A stretch of DNA of 21,346 nucleotides, taken from the NCBI RefSeq assembly GCF_006345805.1, contig NW_021823783.1, positions 1-21,346 of the forward strand, written 5' to 3'. Of the stretch, positions 10,543 through 21,298 are shown one piece after another; position 1 is the first letter of the stretch; every line of letters begins with the position of its first letter. The position numbers and the translations under genes are program-made. This DNA is from Octopus sinensis. Its lineage: Eukaryota. Below the pieces are notes generated by a model that worked only from the letters and a program-made list of their open reading frames with translations, made no database searches and had not been told where the DNA came from.

Positions 10543-11532
10543 ATATATGAAGAAGCATAAACATTCATACATTCATAGGTGTATATATGCATGTTTAAGC
10601 GCGCATGTGTGTGTATGTTTCTATGTGTATATATATCATAGAAAGTGGTTCATCCCCCCCCCCCCATTAATAAAATATACAAAATATAGCATCGAGGATT
10701 TAATAGCCATAGAAATATTTTCACCGTTGAATTGTCAAGAATTAACCTAAATAAAACTTTCTCAAGTGCATTCTGACACTATTAAGCCTTGGCAAGATTT
10801 TCTCAAGTATTATTTACACATAAAGCAAAATAGTTAATGAAATACAAGCTAAGGAATTATCCACTGACAAACCCCCACCATCAAACCTTGTCTATTAAAA
10901 ACTGAAGAACTCAACATATATGGTAGCTAATCAATATCGACATAAAACTCTGCATGCAACGTGCAAGCGCAGCGTAAGAGTTAAAGCGAAAATTCTTCCG
11001 CGTGGCTTTTGTTCTTGCAGAGAAGAAGAGAATGTCGACACACCAACAGTTGCGATTTGAAGTGAGTTGAAACACTTAACGAAGAGAAATTCTTCAACTA
11101 TAGGTCAAGGATTACTGAGAGGAATTTTTCACCGGGACATTGAGCTTGTATTTTGATGACTCAAAGCGCTTTTTAGATTTTTATATAAACTACTTTTAGT
11201 GATAGCAGGTTACGTGATGGCGGAAGTGGTGGAAGTGATGGTGATGATATCAGTTGTAGTGTTTGCGTGTGAAGTCGGGAACCGATGGAGAAGTGGGTTT
11301 TTTTTTTTCGCTTGTTTTCTAAATAGGCAGATTCCTGGTATTCTTGAGTGTTTTGCTTAAAGGTCTCGCTTCATGCATAACTTAGCCATAAGGAATCTGT
11401 TGCCGGTGTCATTAATGTTTGATAGTGATGATGATGATGATGATGGTGATGTTGAGACTATGGGCGTTCTTGTAGTAGCCATTATTGTAGTTGATGCTAT
11501 TTCTTTCCTTTTTCTATTTTCCCAATTTATAA

Positions 11533-11675
11533 TTTTGGTTTCAAATTTAGCACAAGTCCAGCAATTTCGAGGGAGATAGTAGATCGGTAACATCGACCCC
11601 AGTGCTCAACTGGTACTTATTTTATGGAGCCTGAAAGGGATGATAGGCAAAAGTCTACCTTAGCGGAATATGACT
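11533..11675 (-). mobile_element. SINE family B, 3' two-thirds
   Basis: GCACAAGTCCAGCAATTTCG...ACATCGACCCCAGTGCTCAACTGGTACTTATTTTAT...GGCAAAAGTCTACCTTAGCGGAATATGAC aligns to 21090-21220. Confidence 0.8.
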
Positions 11676-12146
11676 TTTTTATACATCCTAGGCCACTGGT
11701 AGTGAAATTTCTAAAACTATTCGCTACCCTGTATATTTTACGTATATGATTTTAGCATTTCGAAGATCAGTTCGGCATTTTTCATTTAGTGCCTACTTGC
11801 GCGGTGTATTTGAAAAATTATAGCATATAATGATGAGACATGTGTTATTTGTCTCTAAATTATATGTTAATGTTATGGCGTGGTTACTGATGAGAATTTC
11901 GCCTAGCAAATTATTATATTTGCTAAAAAAATTTTTGGAACCTAGGTATAACCGTAAAAAAATAACAAGGTAATAGTTTTTATCTTTCATTCCCTTTATC
12001 TTTCATTGCTCTTAAATGTGGTTTTGGTCGTTTTGACTGCTTCTTCTAGAATGTAAAATTACCTGTTAAGGATTGTTTTCATTTGTGTTTGAATGTACAC
12101 TATTATATATGTATATATATATCTTTATAATTATATACATAATTAT

Positions 12147-12821
12147 AACAAGGGCCTGGCTTGCGCCTCACCACGCCCTGGAAAATAAACGTCAAAAGAC
12201 ATTATAACCACCATAAATTCTCCGAGAATAAACACACCACAGGCTAACAAAAGAAAGAAATGAATTATAACTTTCGGTTAACCGTCTACATGATCCTGTT
12301 TCCAGCTTAATGTAAAATATATTACCTATTGCCTTCATCAGCGCCGGAATAAAAAGCAATCAGTGTTTTCATTAAAAAATAATTAAGCATCCCTTTATTT
12401 CAATAAAATTTTTGGTTTTGTTAAACGAAGTTAAGGCAAAAAAAAGACTTTTTGAGAAACCAAATAGTCTTTCCTTCATGCCAAGTTTGAAGAAAATATC
12501 TCTTTTGCATCTTACTTTTTTTTGGTCTCTTAAATATACTGCATTTTGTGGCATTATTTCAAGCCAGGCGGCTTTTTTTGCGCAAACTGCACGTGTATTT
12601 TTCTCGCGTACGCGTAGTATCAATCACAACAGCTGAAGTACTTGTGCGTACAAATGCACGTTTTCACGGCTTTATCGATCGCATTCTCATCTGGAATTGA
12701 TTTTTGTAATTTTTTCAAGACTTATACACGCCCCGATACCGTCGGTATCTACACGTCATATTTGAGCGCAATCGGATGGAGGATGCCCGAGATCCTAGAA
12801 GAACGAATTTTGTATAATAGA
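12147..12821 (-). mobile_element. Probable non-autonomous Helitron-like element (5' end better supported than 3' end)
   Basis: Minus strand begins A|TCTATTATACAAAATTCG at 12821, followed by a CATCCGATTGCGCTCAAAT segment of the kind seen in Helitron-derived repeats. Candidate end is a GC-rich hairpin (AGGGC 12151 / GCCCT 12175) beside AACAAG at 12147. An alternative end lies near 11786. Confidence 0.45.
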
Positions 12822-13229
12822 TATGCATATATGGCTACAGGACTTCACAAAGCGTATATATATATGTATATAGGTAGGTACAGAGGTTTGTATGCATAGA
12901 TAATTTGAAGTTTTTCACATTTTTTTAATATACTAAGTAAAAACGAGGTAATCAGAATTTGGGGTTTTGGATAAAAATTATTTATGTACCACTGTCATCT
13001 CTTTTGAGACATTCATCATGCACGTGTATGCATATATATAAATCAACAGCTGAGATTGATGGTAAGGTGACAGGAATAGTATCAATGGACCTGTTGGAGT
13101 TAGATATTTAGCTATGTATCTTTATGTTATGAATTCAGAATCCGACAGTTGTTTGTATAAACATTAAAGGACAAAGTCTCACATGATATAATCATATCAT
13201 GCACATATATATTTAGTTTCCGTCTATGT

Positions 13230-13285
13230 TATATATATACTGTGTATATATATATATATAATATATATATATATATAACATATAT

Positions 13286-13323
<38 letters not shown>

Positions 13324-13324
13324 G

Positions 13325-13356
<32 letters not shown>

Positions 13357-13419
13357 ATGTGTATATATATATATATATATTATATATATAATATATATAT
13401 TATATTATATATATATATA

Positions 13420-13455
<36 letters not shown>

Positions 13456-13558
13456 TATATTATATAATATATTATACATACATACATACATACTACATAC
13501 ATACATACATACATACATACATACATACATACTACATACATATATATATATATATATT
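13230..13558. repeat. (TA)n/(TG)n/(TACA)n complex
   Basis: Directly visible. Confidence 0.97.
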
Positions 13559-14051
13559 CCTTCAACGACAAACATAAACAGGAAAAGCTCGTGGCAGAAT
13601 ACGCAAGTTTTGTCAAAGTATATAAATTGAAAAACACACGCAAACACATATACACACAAACTGACATACATTTGCACAGACATTCGCATACTCACAAACC
13701 CGCACACACATATATACATATGTTTGTGAAGCCACTTATTTGTTTGTGTGTAATGAATATATTATATATTTTACATATATATTCCATATCTGTATTTGTA
13801 TTTGTGTTTGTGCTTGTGTGTGTGTGTGTATGTGTGTATGTGTGTGTGTGTGTGTGTGCGTAAGTTCGTGTGTATATTATTTAAGCATGCGTGGCCTTGC
13901 GTATACATAACGCTTCCCTGTCTTCTGATTACATTCATTTATATACACTTACCTTTTGCCATATATATATATTGTAACAACATATATAATGACATTCAGT
14001 GACAATGAATGTCACGATGATCCTATCATTGAGACATTGGTGAGAATGCAT

Positions 14052-14125
14052 GCGATGATGATGATGATGGTGGTGGTGGTGGTGGTGGTGGTGGTGGTGG
14101 TGGTGGTGGTTGTCGTTGTGGTGAT
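14052..14125. repeat. (GAT)n-(GGT)n
   Basis: Directly visible. Confidence 0.97.
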
Positions 14126-14546
14126 GGTGCTCGTGAAAACGACATGAATATACCATTCCTGTGAACTTGACGAAAATGAAAAAAAGTTGTATTCCTTCCG
14201 GAATCGTGTCAATCTCTCATAGCCCCAACCTCAAATTCTCAAAATCTACCCTTGCACCCTTCCATTCATCATAAATTCATTTAGCATCCCCTCACAACCA
14301 TCAATACCACTGTTTCTACATCATACACCATTACACTGCCGCCGTCGCCACCATCACAAGAAGTATTATCCAAAGAAATCTTATTGTTAGAACGAATGCT
14401 TTTATATCATATCGTTTCCCGTTTACCTAATGACAGAAATCAGGGAAGTTTCAGTGGTGATGGTCGTGGTGATTGTGGTTACAGGTGGTGAAGGTATTTG
14501 TCCGGTGGGGAATATCGTGGTACCTGGAGCCATTTGTGGAAAGAAC

Positions 14547-14776
14547 TTTTCATCTTTTATCCTTTACTTGTTTCAGTCATCTAACTGCGGCCATGATGGG
14601 GCATCACCTTCAAATGTTTTCAGCCTAAAAAATCAACCCCAGGACCTATTATTCTTCTTTAAGCCTGGTACTTATTCTATCGGTTTCTTTTGCCGAACCG
14701 CTATATAACGGGGACGTAAACACACCAACGCTGGTTGTCAAGTGGTAGGTAGAGGGACAAACCCAGACACACACAG
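14547..14776 (-). mobile_element. SINE family A, 3' half (head missing)
   Basis: Reverse complement of the 20810-21015 segment: TTTACTTGTTTCAGTCAT...TACTTATTCTATCGG...TTTTGCCGAACCGCTA...GGACGTAAACACACCA...GGTTGTCAAG. Confidence 0.9.
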
Positions 14777-14792
14777 ATATATATATATATGT

Positions 14793-15100
14793 GGAGGCGC
14801 AATGGCCCAGTGGTTAGGGTAGCGGACTCGCGGTTGTAGGATCGCAGTTTCGATTCCCAGACCAGGAGTTGTGAATGTTTATTGAGCGAAAGCACCTAAA
14901 GCTCCACGTGGCTCCGGTAGGGGGTGATGGCGATCCCTGCTGTACTCTTTCGCCACAACTTCTCTCGCTCTTTCTTCTGTTGGCCTGCTCGCTTAGCCAA
15001 GCGGGGTGGCGTCATTTAAAGGCTAAAACAATGCGAAGCGCATGTGACCAGCGATGTGTAGCAACATCTGATAGCCTGGTCGGTCATGGTGGTCACGGTG
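14793..15100 (+). mobile_element. tRNA-derived SINE family C, apparently full length, flanked by (TA)n
   Basis: Starts GGAGGCGCAA; A-box TGGCCCAGTGG (14803-14813); B-box-like GTTTCGATTCC (14847-14857); the body is not tRNA-like; (TA)n on both sides. Confidence 0.8.
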
Positions 15101-15127
15101 ATATATATATATATATATATATATATA

Positions 15128-15915
15128 AGAGCGTCGTATTAATAGTTCGCTTGAAGCATTGTGATATCGAATAAAATGAAAAGAGAGAAAATAGACAGCT
15201 TCTGACAACTCGGTAATTTTAAAACTTTAATATATTTCGGGCTCAGAGTCTCGTCTTCAGGAGAAAAGAATAGTCTAAGTAAAGTCCAGTTACGTAGGGT
15301 ACGTTAATCCATTTAAACTTCATAGCGCTTATGTAATAACAGCAGTCACTCTCCAAACGTAGGTGTAATCGACGTCCCACGCATTGGTGTAAACAGACAA
15401 CAAATGCCCAGCTGTAGCTGTAAGCTACTCGCCATTTGTAGTATTATAAGTTGTAGACACGTTCGCCCTTTAAGTGTTGCCGACTGTCCGAGTGTTGGTG
15501 TTAATAACTCACGGCTGCGCTTATAGGCCATTCTCCATCTGTTGGATGTTGTTGTAAGAGCCACGGACTCAACTCCGATCGATTGTTAATTTTCGGCTTA
15601 AAGTGGTGGATCAGTAGAACCGCTTTTATAAGAAGATTGCCAGTGTGGTTTTCAGGGGCTACTATGGAGGCGTCTACTCCCTTGGTAGTGTTGTCACATC
15701 TAGTCAGATGTTTGCGGAAGGAGGGCGCGCCGGTGAAATGCTCCTTAATTCGGACGTGGATTGGTCGTGTTGTGCTACCGATGTAGCGTTTGGTTACCGG
15801 ATTTGGAGCATCGTATTTTGTAAATCACGCATGTACGTAAGCGACTCTAATATTTGCTTAAGTACCCAGGTTTCTGGCTTTCTGCTGCAGCATATCCGTG
15901 TTAAGTAAGACACAC
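15128..15915 (-). mobile_element. Penelope-like element remnant: GIY-YIG endonuclease and 3' terminal region
   Basis: Minus strand reads ANIRVAY, then CVIYKIRCSKSG (frame starting 15840), a one-base frameshift, then KRYIGSTTRPIHVRIKEHF...LLIKAVLLIHHFKPKINNRSEL (open to the stop at 15503-15501). A downstream CTGAAGA...CCCGAAA motif at 15260-15235 is typical of Penelope terminal repeats. Bounded by (TA)n on both sides. Confidence 0.85.
15501..15840 (-). pseudogene. Frameshifted GIY-YIG endonuclease domain
   Basis: VIY...YIG.T.R.I..R.KEH signature and a C-terminal L.I...KP.IN motif. Not in the ORF track because it lacks an upstream start codon and is frameshifted. Confidence 0.82.
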
Positions 15916-15936
15916 AGATTGAATATATATATATAT

Positions 15937-15967
<31 letters not shown>

Positions 15968-16048
15968 CCATAGTTATATCACATATATATTAGAGCGGTT
16001 TATGTTTCTCTTAAAGTGTAGTGTTAAGAATGCATGAGATGCACTATC

Positions 16049-16153
16049 TAGGCTTACAAAGAATAAGTCCTGGTGTCGATTTGCTCGACTAAAGGCGGTG
16101 CTCCAGCCTGGCCACAGTCAAATGACTGAAACAGGTAAAAGAGTAAAAGAGTA
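16049..16153 (+). mobile_element. SINE family A, 3' tail only
   Basis: GGCTTACAAAGAATAAGTCC...CGATTTGCTCGACTAAAGGCGGTGCTCCAGC...GTCAAATGACTGAAACAGGTAAAAGAGTAAAAGAGTA is nearly the same as 20911-21015. Confidence 0.92.
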
Positions 16154-16435
16154 ATCAAATTCAAATAGCCATATTTCTATATTATATTTTTCATTTATAT
16201 CTTGTCAAGTACTTTCGTGTTTCGAAACAACCTTCAAGCGTTTATTGATATGAGGATGACAATTATAGCCAAGAGATGTTAAGGTATAACTGACTGTATA
16301 TTAACGTCCCTCTGATTATAGTTATCAATGCCATATCGATATATACCTGACGATTGTTGTAAAACATGAAAGTACTTCAGAAGATATAAGTGAAAAATAA
16401 AATGTGAAAATGTAAGTTGAAATTTGATTGACTAA

Positions 16436-16443
16436 TGTGTGTG

Positions 16444-16502
<59 letters not shown>
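16436..16502. repeat. (TG)n
   Basis: Directly visible. Confidence 0.98.
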
Positions 16503-16505
<3 letters not shown>

Positions 16506-16974
16506 TGAAATGTAAATGTGTTAAAATGGGAATAATTAGGTGAAAATTAATTTATGAAATTAAGTCAGGAGATGCAAGGCTTTTAAGTATTTGGTGATAA
16601 ACCAACGCCAATTATTCCAGGTAAGAAACTGAATAATCAGAGGCGGGACACATTTAAATCCTGAAAATATGAGTATATTTACATAACACGCACACGAAAT
16701 CATAAATTAAAAATCGATACTAATCACGTTCCATTGGTGTATTTTTATATGTTCTTACTATAAATCGAATGTATGAAATATGAATGATAAATTTAATGAA
16801 ATCAATGGGCCACTTAATGAAGTCGTAATATCACGCTTTGCAGTGAATATGCGTGCGCTGTATTAATCGTGATCTACACTACAGTTTCAAATGTTTGAGA
16901 TTTATGCGCCTAAACACATGGATGTGTAAAATATTTAAATGTGGGGACCAAAACTGGGGACAAACTGCGATTTT

Positions 16975-17403
16975 AGATGAGGCACCGAGATATGTAATAC
17001 ATTGCCTAAATACCAATCTTGAGAAATTAGGCTTCTCAACACCAGAAAGGAGAAAGCTTATTCGAAGACAATCCAGTGATCCAAGCCATCACGGGAACCG
17101 TGAATATTTATGACATTTTCCAGAAGTTTATCATTTAAGTATATACTGAGCATGTCTAGAATTGTGAGTATATGCATGAGAAGACTTGCATAAAAAAAAA
17201 ACATACAGATCTGTACGTATTCATACATACATACATACATACATACATACATACATACATACATACATACATACATACATACATACATGCATACACAAAT
17301 ACCCTGTCCTTCATGTTGAATTTCCAATGAAGGTTCCTTGAAACTAGGTTAGAAACCAGCTCTTTCTGTATTGGCAAGAAATCTGGAAATAAAACTGAAT
17401 AAT
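16975..17403 (+). mobile_element. Fourth RLE-type (R4/Dong-like) retrotransposon 3' fragment with a (CATA)n-containing 3' UTR
   Basis: EAPRYVIHCLNTNLEKLGFSTPERRKLIRR, a frameshift, then IQAITGTVNIYDIFQKFII* (stop 17136-17138) parallels the GALG...QK.ALLGTAHIL C-terminus of copies 1-3. Ends AAATAAAACTGAATAAT, like the copy 1 end AAATAAAACTACTGAATAAT. Confidence 0.6.
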
Positions 17404-17800
17404 GACATAGATAAAGACAGCCGGAGAAATTCATTTGAAAATAACATCGCACACATTAATAGAGATATATGAAATATAAAAAACTAGTTTGATTTTAACT
17501 TCAACTGTCTCTATTTGTTACCTGTACGATCGCCTGTATAGTAACTAATTCTTTTCACTTTTATTGGACTTTTTCATTGACTGCCTTGCACAATTATATT
17601 TTCAACTTAACTTCAATATATACGTGTATATGTAATTTATATATATATATAATATATTATATATATATATATATTTATAGAGAGCGAAATTTATAGAGAG
17701 CCATTCCAGGAATTCTAAAATCTCTTCCCCACAGTAGCTTTGTTACACACACCTACATACAGGACAAACAGGCACATATATTAATAAATAAATAAATATG

Positions 17801-17841
<41 letters not shown>

Positions 17842-17851
17842 CACACACATG

Positions 17852-18380
17852 TAATAAAATCTCACTTTACGAAGATCCGCTTTACGAGACCCCGGGTTTA
17901 CGGATTTTATTTTATAAATTCTCCAAGCACACGATTCAAATTTTGAACGAAGAGCAAAAGTTTCTACTATCATAACAAATTCTTCTGTGTCTTACCGAGA
18001 AATTTATAGAGAGCGAAAAAATGCTTCTTCTACGCATACAACTCTAAAAGTCCGTCTACGAGTGCTTGTGAATCGGCGATCGCGTCTACAAGTGATGGTG
18101 CGCAGCGAGTCTAGTGCGAGTGAAAGGGATTTAGAAAATGATTGTAATAACTTTTTATTATTATTATTAATGATCTTGACATTCTCTTTACTTTACATAA
18201 AATATTCTTTACATACTACTGTTGTTTTATTGCCACTTGAGAATTTTAAATTTTATAGGTAAAATTTTTTCCCCTTAGAAGGAATTACGATTTGTAAGAA
18301 TGCTACGATGGGAAATTGTTGCTCTGCTTTACGAGTTTTCACTCCGGGAACAAATTAACTCGTATGTCGAGGCATTAATG

Positions 18381-18382
<2 letters not shown>
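17852..18382. mobile_element. Pogo/Tigger-like non-autonomous DNA transposon remnant
   Basis: The right end read inward on minus is TA|CATTAATGCCTCGACATACGAGTTAATTTGTTCC, resembling Tigger TIRs. The left end TAATAAAATCTCACTTTACGA is a poor match. Recurrent TTTACG motifs lie near both ends. Confidence 0.5.
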
Positions 18383-18418
<36 letters not shown>

Positions 18419-18420
18419 AC

Positions 18421-18510
<90 letters not shown>
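18383..18510. repeat. (CA)n-(TA)n
   Basis: Directly visible. Confidence 0.98.
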
Positions 18511-18705
18511 GGGAGAATTCACGAAAAAAACTAAAGACGAAGACAGGTGGTGTAGAAAACAAACGGATGTATTAGTATAACGCTCGGGAATGAAAAAGTC
18601 TTTAACGTTTCGAGCCTACGCTCTTCCACAGAGAAGGAACACAGAGAAGAAACAAGGAGAGAAATAAGGAAGAGAAAAATGTGTGTAGTGGCTAACGATC
18701 TATCA
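18511..18705 (-). mobile_element. Penelope-type terminal-repeat fragment carrying a hammerhead-like motif
   Basis: Minus strand 18631-18598 reads CTGTGGA-A-GAGC-GTAG-GCTC-GAAAC-GTT-AAAGAC. Begins directly after (TA)n. No coding remnant seen. Confidence 0.6.
18598..18637 (-). ncRNA. Minimal type I hammerhead ribozyme-like motif with variant core
   Basis: Perfect 4-bp stem II (GAGC/GCUC, GUAG loop), GAAAC, palindromic AACGUU stem III region. The core is CUGUGGA rather than CUGANGA and stem I is imperfect, so activity is doubtful. Confidence 0.4.
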
Positions 18706-18706
18706 T

Positions 18707-18775
18707 AATGGCGGTGCCCCAGCATGGCCACAGCTCATTAGCTGAAACTGGAAAAATCAAAAATCAAAAAAAAAA
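18707..18775 (+). mobile_element. Short SINE/LINE-like 3' tail related to the family A tail
   Basis: GGCGGTGCCCCAGCATGGCCACAG...GCTGAAAC followed by an A-rich tail; compare GGCGGTGCTCCAGCATGGCCGCAG at ~20955. Confidence 0.65.
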
Positions 18776-19182
18776 CATATACAATATATATATATATATA
18801 ATATATATATATAATATATATGCCGACACATACACACATCCATTGCCTACTTTAACGCGTTTCAATCCATCTTCCTTTAACAATTTAGCTTCTAATTTTT
18901 ATCATTTTCTCTCCAACTGTCTTCTCTCCAAACCATCTATGTCTCTTAATGTGCCACTCTGTCTTCTGCCTCTTATTCTCTTTAGATGTTATTCTCTTCC
19001 TTCCGTCTGCTCCCTTTTATATTTTCTCCAACCCATATACAACTCCCTATGTCAACCCTAACAAATTTATACATACATAAATCTTCACGCATATTTGGCA
19101 CAATTTCATGCATAACTTCACATGATTTCACGCCTGTGCTGACATGTGCCAGAACACATACATGCGTGAGCGCGCACATACA

Positions 19183-19216
<34 letters not shown>

Positions 19217-19451
19217 AATACACACATATACACATACACACACACACAAACTCAGAACTGACAAGCACACGTGTGCAGTTGTACATACTCGCACACAAAC
19301 CTCTGCACACTAAATCTCTCTCTCACCGCACATATGCAGTTATGTATATATACGAAATACGGATTACATAATATACATATATATATATACTTCATCAAGA
19401 ACTCCATTGCCGAACAAAAGCAGCAGATTCTTCTCAGCATTTCCCAAATTA

Positions 19452-19680
19452 CTACCATCACGACCATCACCATCACCATCATCATCATCATCACCACCAT
19501 CATCATCATCATTACTATCACAACTATCATCACCAACAGGATCACTACAAACATAAGACTCGTGAACATTATCACCAAGATCACGACGACGACGACCACC
19601 ACCACCAGCAGCACCACCACCACCAATAGCAGCAGCACCACCACCACCAGCAGCATCACCACCACCACAACCATCACCCG
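19452..19680. repeat. CAT/CAC/CAG/GAC trinucleotide mosaic
   Basis: Directly visible. Confidence 0.95.
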
Positions 19681-19829
19681 AAATAAGGTAGCCAACAGTA
19701 ACACCGCTATCACCAAATTATCTTCCAGCAGAAGTAATATGCACATATATGCACATATACATACATATGCACATACTTACAAACAAATGTATGTGTACAC
19801 ACAGATGCAAACCTAGTTGTATAGATATA

Positions 19830-20063
19830 TTTTTATACGTATATATATACATATATACGTATATATATATATATATATATATAGATATATATATATATAT
19901 ATATATATATATCTAATTAATTTGTTTTGGAATTTGTTCTCGAACTAGGTATAACCTACAAATAAATAGCCTGCAAAGTATTATAAAAATGCATGCATAA
20001 TGCTTATCTGTGTATCTATATGTCTCTATAAATGTATATACATATGTGTGTGTGTGTAATATA

Positions 20064-20107
<44 letters not shown>

Positions 20108-20165
20108 GACATTTACGATGAAACAAGTAAAAGATATATATATACTTTATATATATATATATATC
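19830..20165. repeat. (TA)n tracts
   Basis: Long TA runs at ~19840-19912 and ~20058-20105 with interruptions. Confidence 0.9.
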
Positions 20166-20601
20166 ACGAATAGTTACATGCAGGCATATGCAGATATTGC
20201 ATTCATGCATATATGTATGTAGATTTACATACTTACATGTGTATATTATAGCCGAGTGATGATGGAGGTGACTGGAAGGGAAAATAGAGATAAATAATTC
20301 AAGAGTGTGATGGAATGATAACTGAAAAAAAAAAAGAAACACAAGAGAGAGAAAGAATAACAACGTAAGTGATAAGAATATCTCTGAGGAACAGTAACAG
20401 TGATAACACTGAGATATTCGGTGCAGTGGAATAATTATTGAGTGGGTGTATGGCGAGATTTGACGATGAATGATGGTGATGATCATGAACATGATGATCA
20501 TGATGATAAACATGATAATGAGGGTAGTAATAATAATGATGGTCACTCCCGACGTTTCCTATATATGACTGTTTGAAGGAAAAGGATTTTTTAAAAAAGA
20601 A

Positions 20602-21022
20602 GGCGCAGGAGTGGCTGTTTGGTAAGTAGCTTGCTAACCAACCACATGGTTCCGGGTTCAGTCCCACTGCGTGGCATCTTAGGCAAGTGTCTTCTGCTAT
20701 AGCCCCGGGCCGACCAATGCCTTGTGAGTGGATTTGGTAGACGGAAACTGAAAGAAGCCTGTCGTATATATGTATATGTATATATAAGTGTGTGTGAATA
20801 TGTTTGTGTGTCTGTGTTTGTTCCCCTAGCATTGCTTGACAACCGATGCTGGTGTGTTTACGTCCCCGTCACTTAGCGGTTCGGCAAAAGGGACTGATAG
20901 AATAAGTACTGGGCTTACAAAGAATAAGTCCCGGGATCGATTTGCTCGACTAAAGGCGGTGCTCCAGCATGGCCGCAGTCAAATGACTGAAACAAGTAAA
21001 AAGAGTAAAAAGAGTAAGAGTA
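20602..21022 (+). mobile_element. tRNA-derived SINE family A, full length
   Basis: Starts GGCGCAGGAG; A-box-like TGGCTGTTTGGT (20612); B-box-like GGGTTCAGTCCC (20654); central TA/TG microsatellite (~20765-20820); 3' tail ending in AAAGAGT repeats. Partial copies occur elsewhere in the window. Confidence 0.92.
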
Positions 21023-21080
21023 TTAAAAAATTTAAGTCGAAGAAAAATCAACTTGAAGAATAAGATAATAATAACAATAA

Positions 21081-21298
21081 ACCTTTCTACTATAGGCACG
21101 AAACGTGAAATTTTTGAGGAGAAAATTAGTGGGTTACATCGACCTCAGTGCATAACTGGTACTTTGTTTCATCGATTTCGAAAGGATGAAAGGCAAAGTC
21201 GACCTCGGCAGAATTTGAACTCAGAAAGTAAAGACGGACGAAATACTGTTAATCATTATTTAGGCCCAGCGTGCTCATGACTCTGCCAGCTCGCCGCC

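Noticed and set aside
11297-11365. Strong polypyrimidine acceptor (TTTTCTAAATAG|GCAG)
   Set aside because: No convincing donor follows; the T-run may be a simple homopolymer.
11690-11735. CCCTG|TA as a Tc1/mariner end
   Set aside because: Only a few bases match and no partner TIR or transposase remnant was found.
14793-14870. tRNA gene (also considered at 20602-20670 and 21200-21300)
   Set aside because: A/B boxes are present but I cannot fold a cloverleaf with a matching acceptor stem, and the sequences continue into SINE bodies.
16569-16620. Exon ending at a strong CAG|GTAAGA donor
   Set aside because: The upstream AG lacks a polypyrimidine tract, only one frame is open and the peptide is unrecognised.
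20251-20365. Exon ending at AAC|GTAAGT
   Set aside because: All three frames contain stops from the nearest AG and the acceptor context is a TA repeat.
19-21280. Most ORFs in the supplied track (poly-N, poly-H, poly-V/L/T, MYVC- and YIYI-type proteins, e.g. 4423-4671, 8230-8790, 10178-10750, 19271-19816)
   Set aside because: They are translations of microsatellites or of SINE sequence, with no domain signal.
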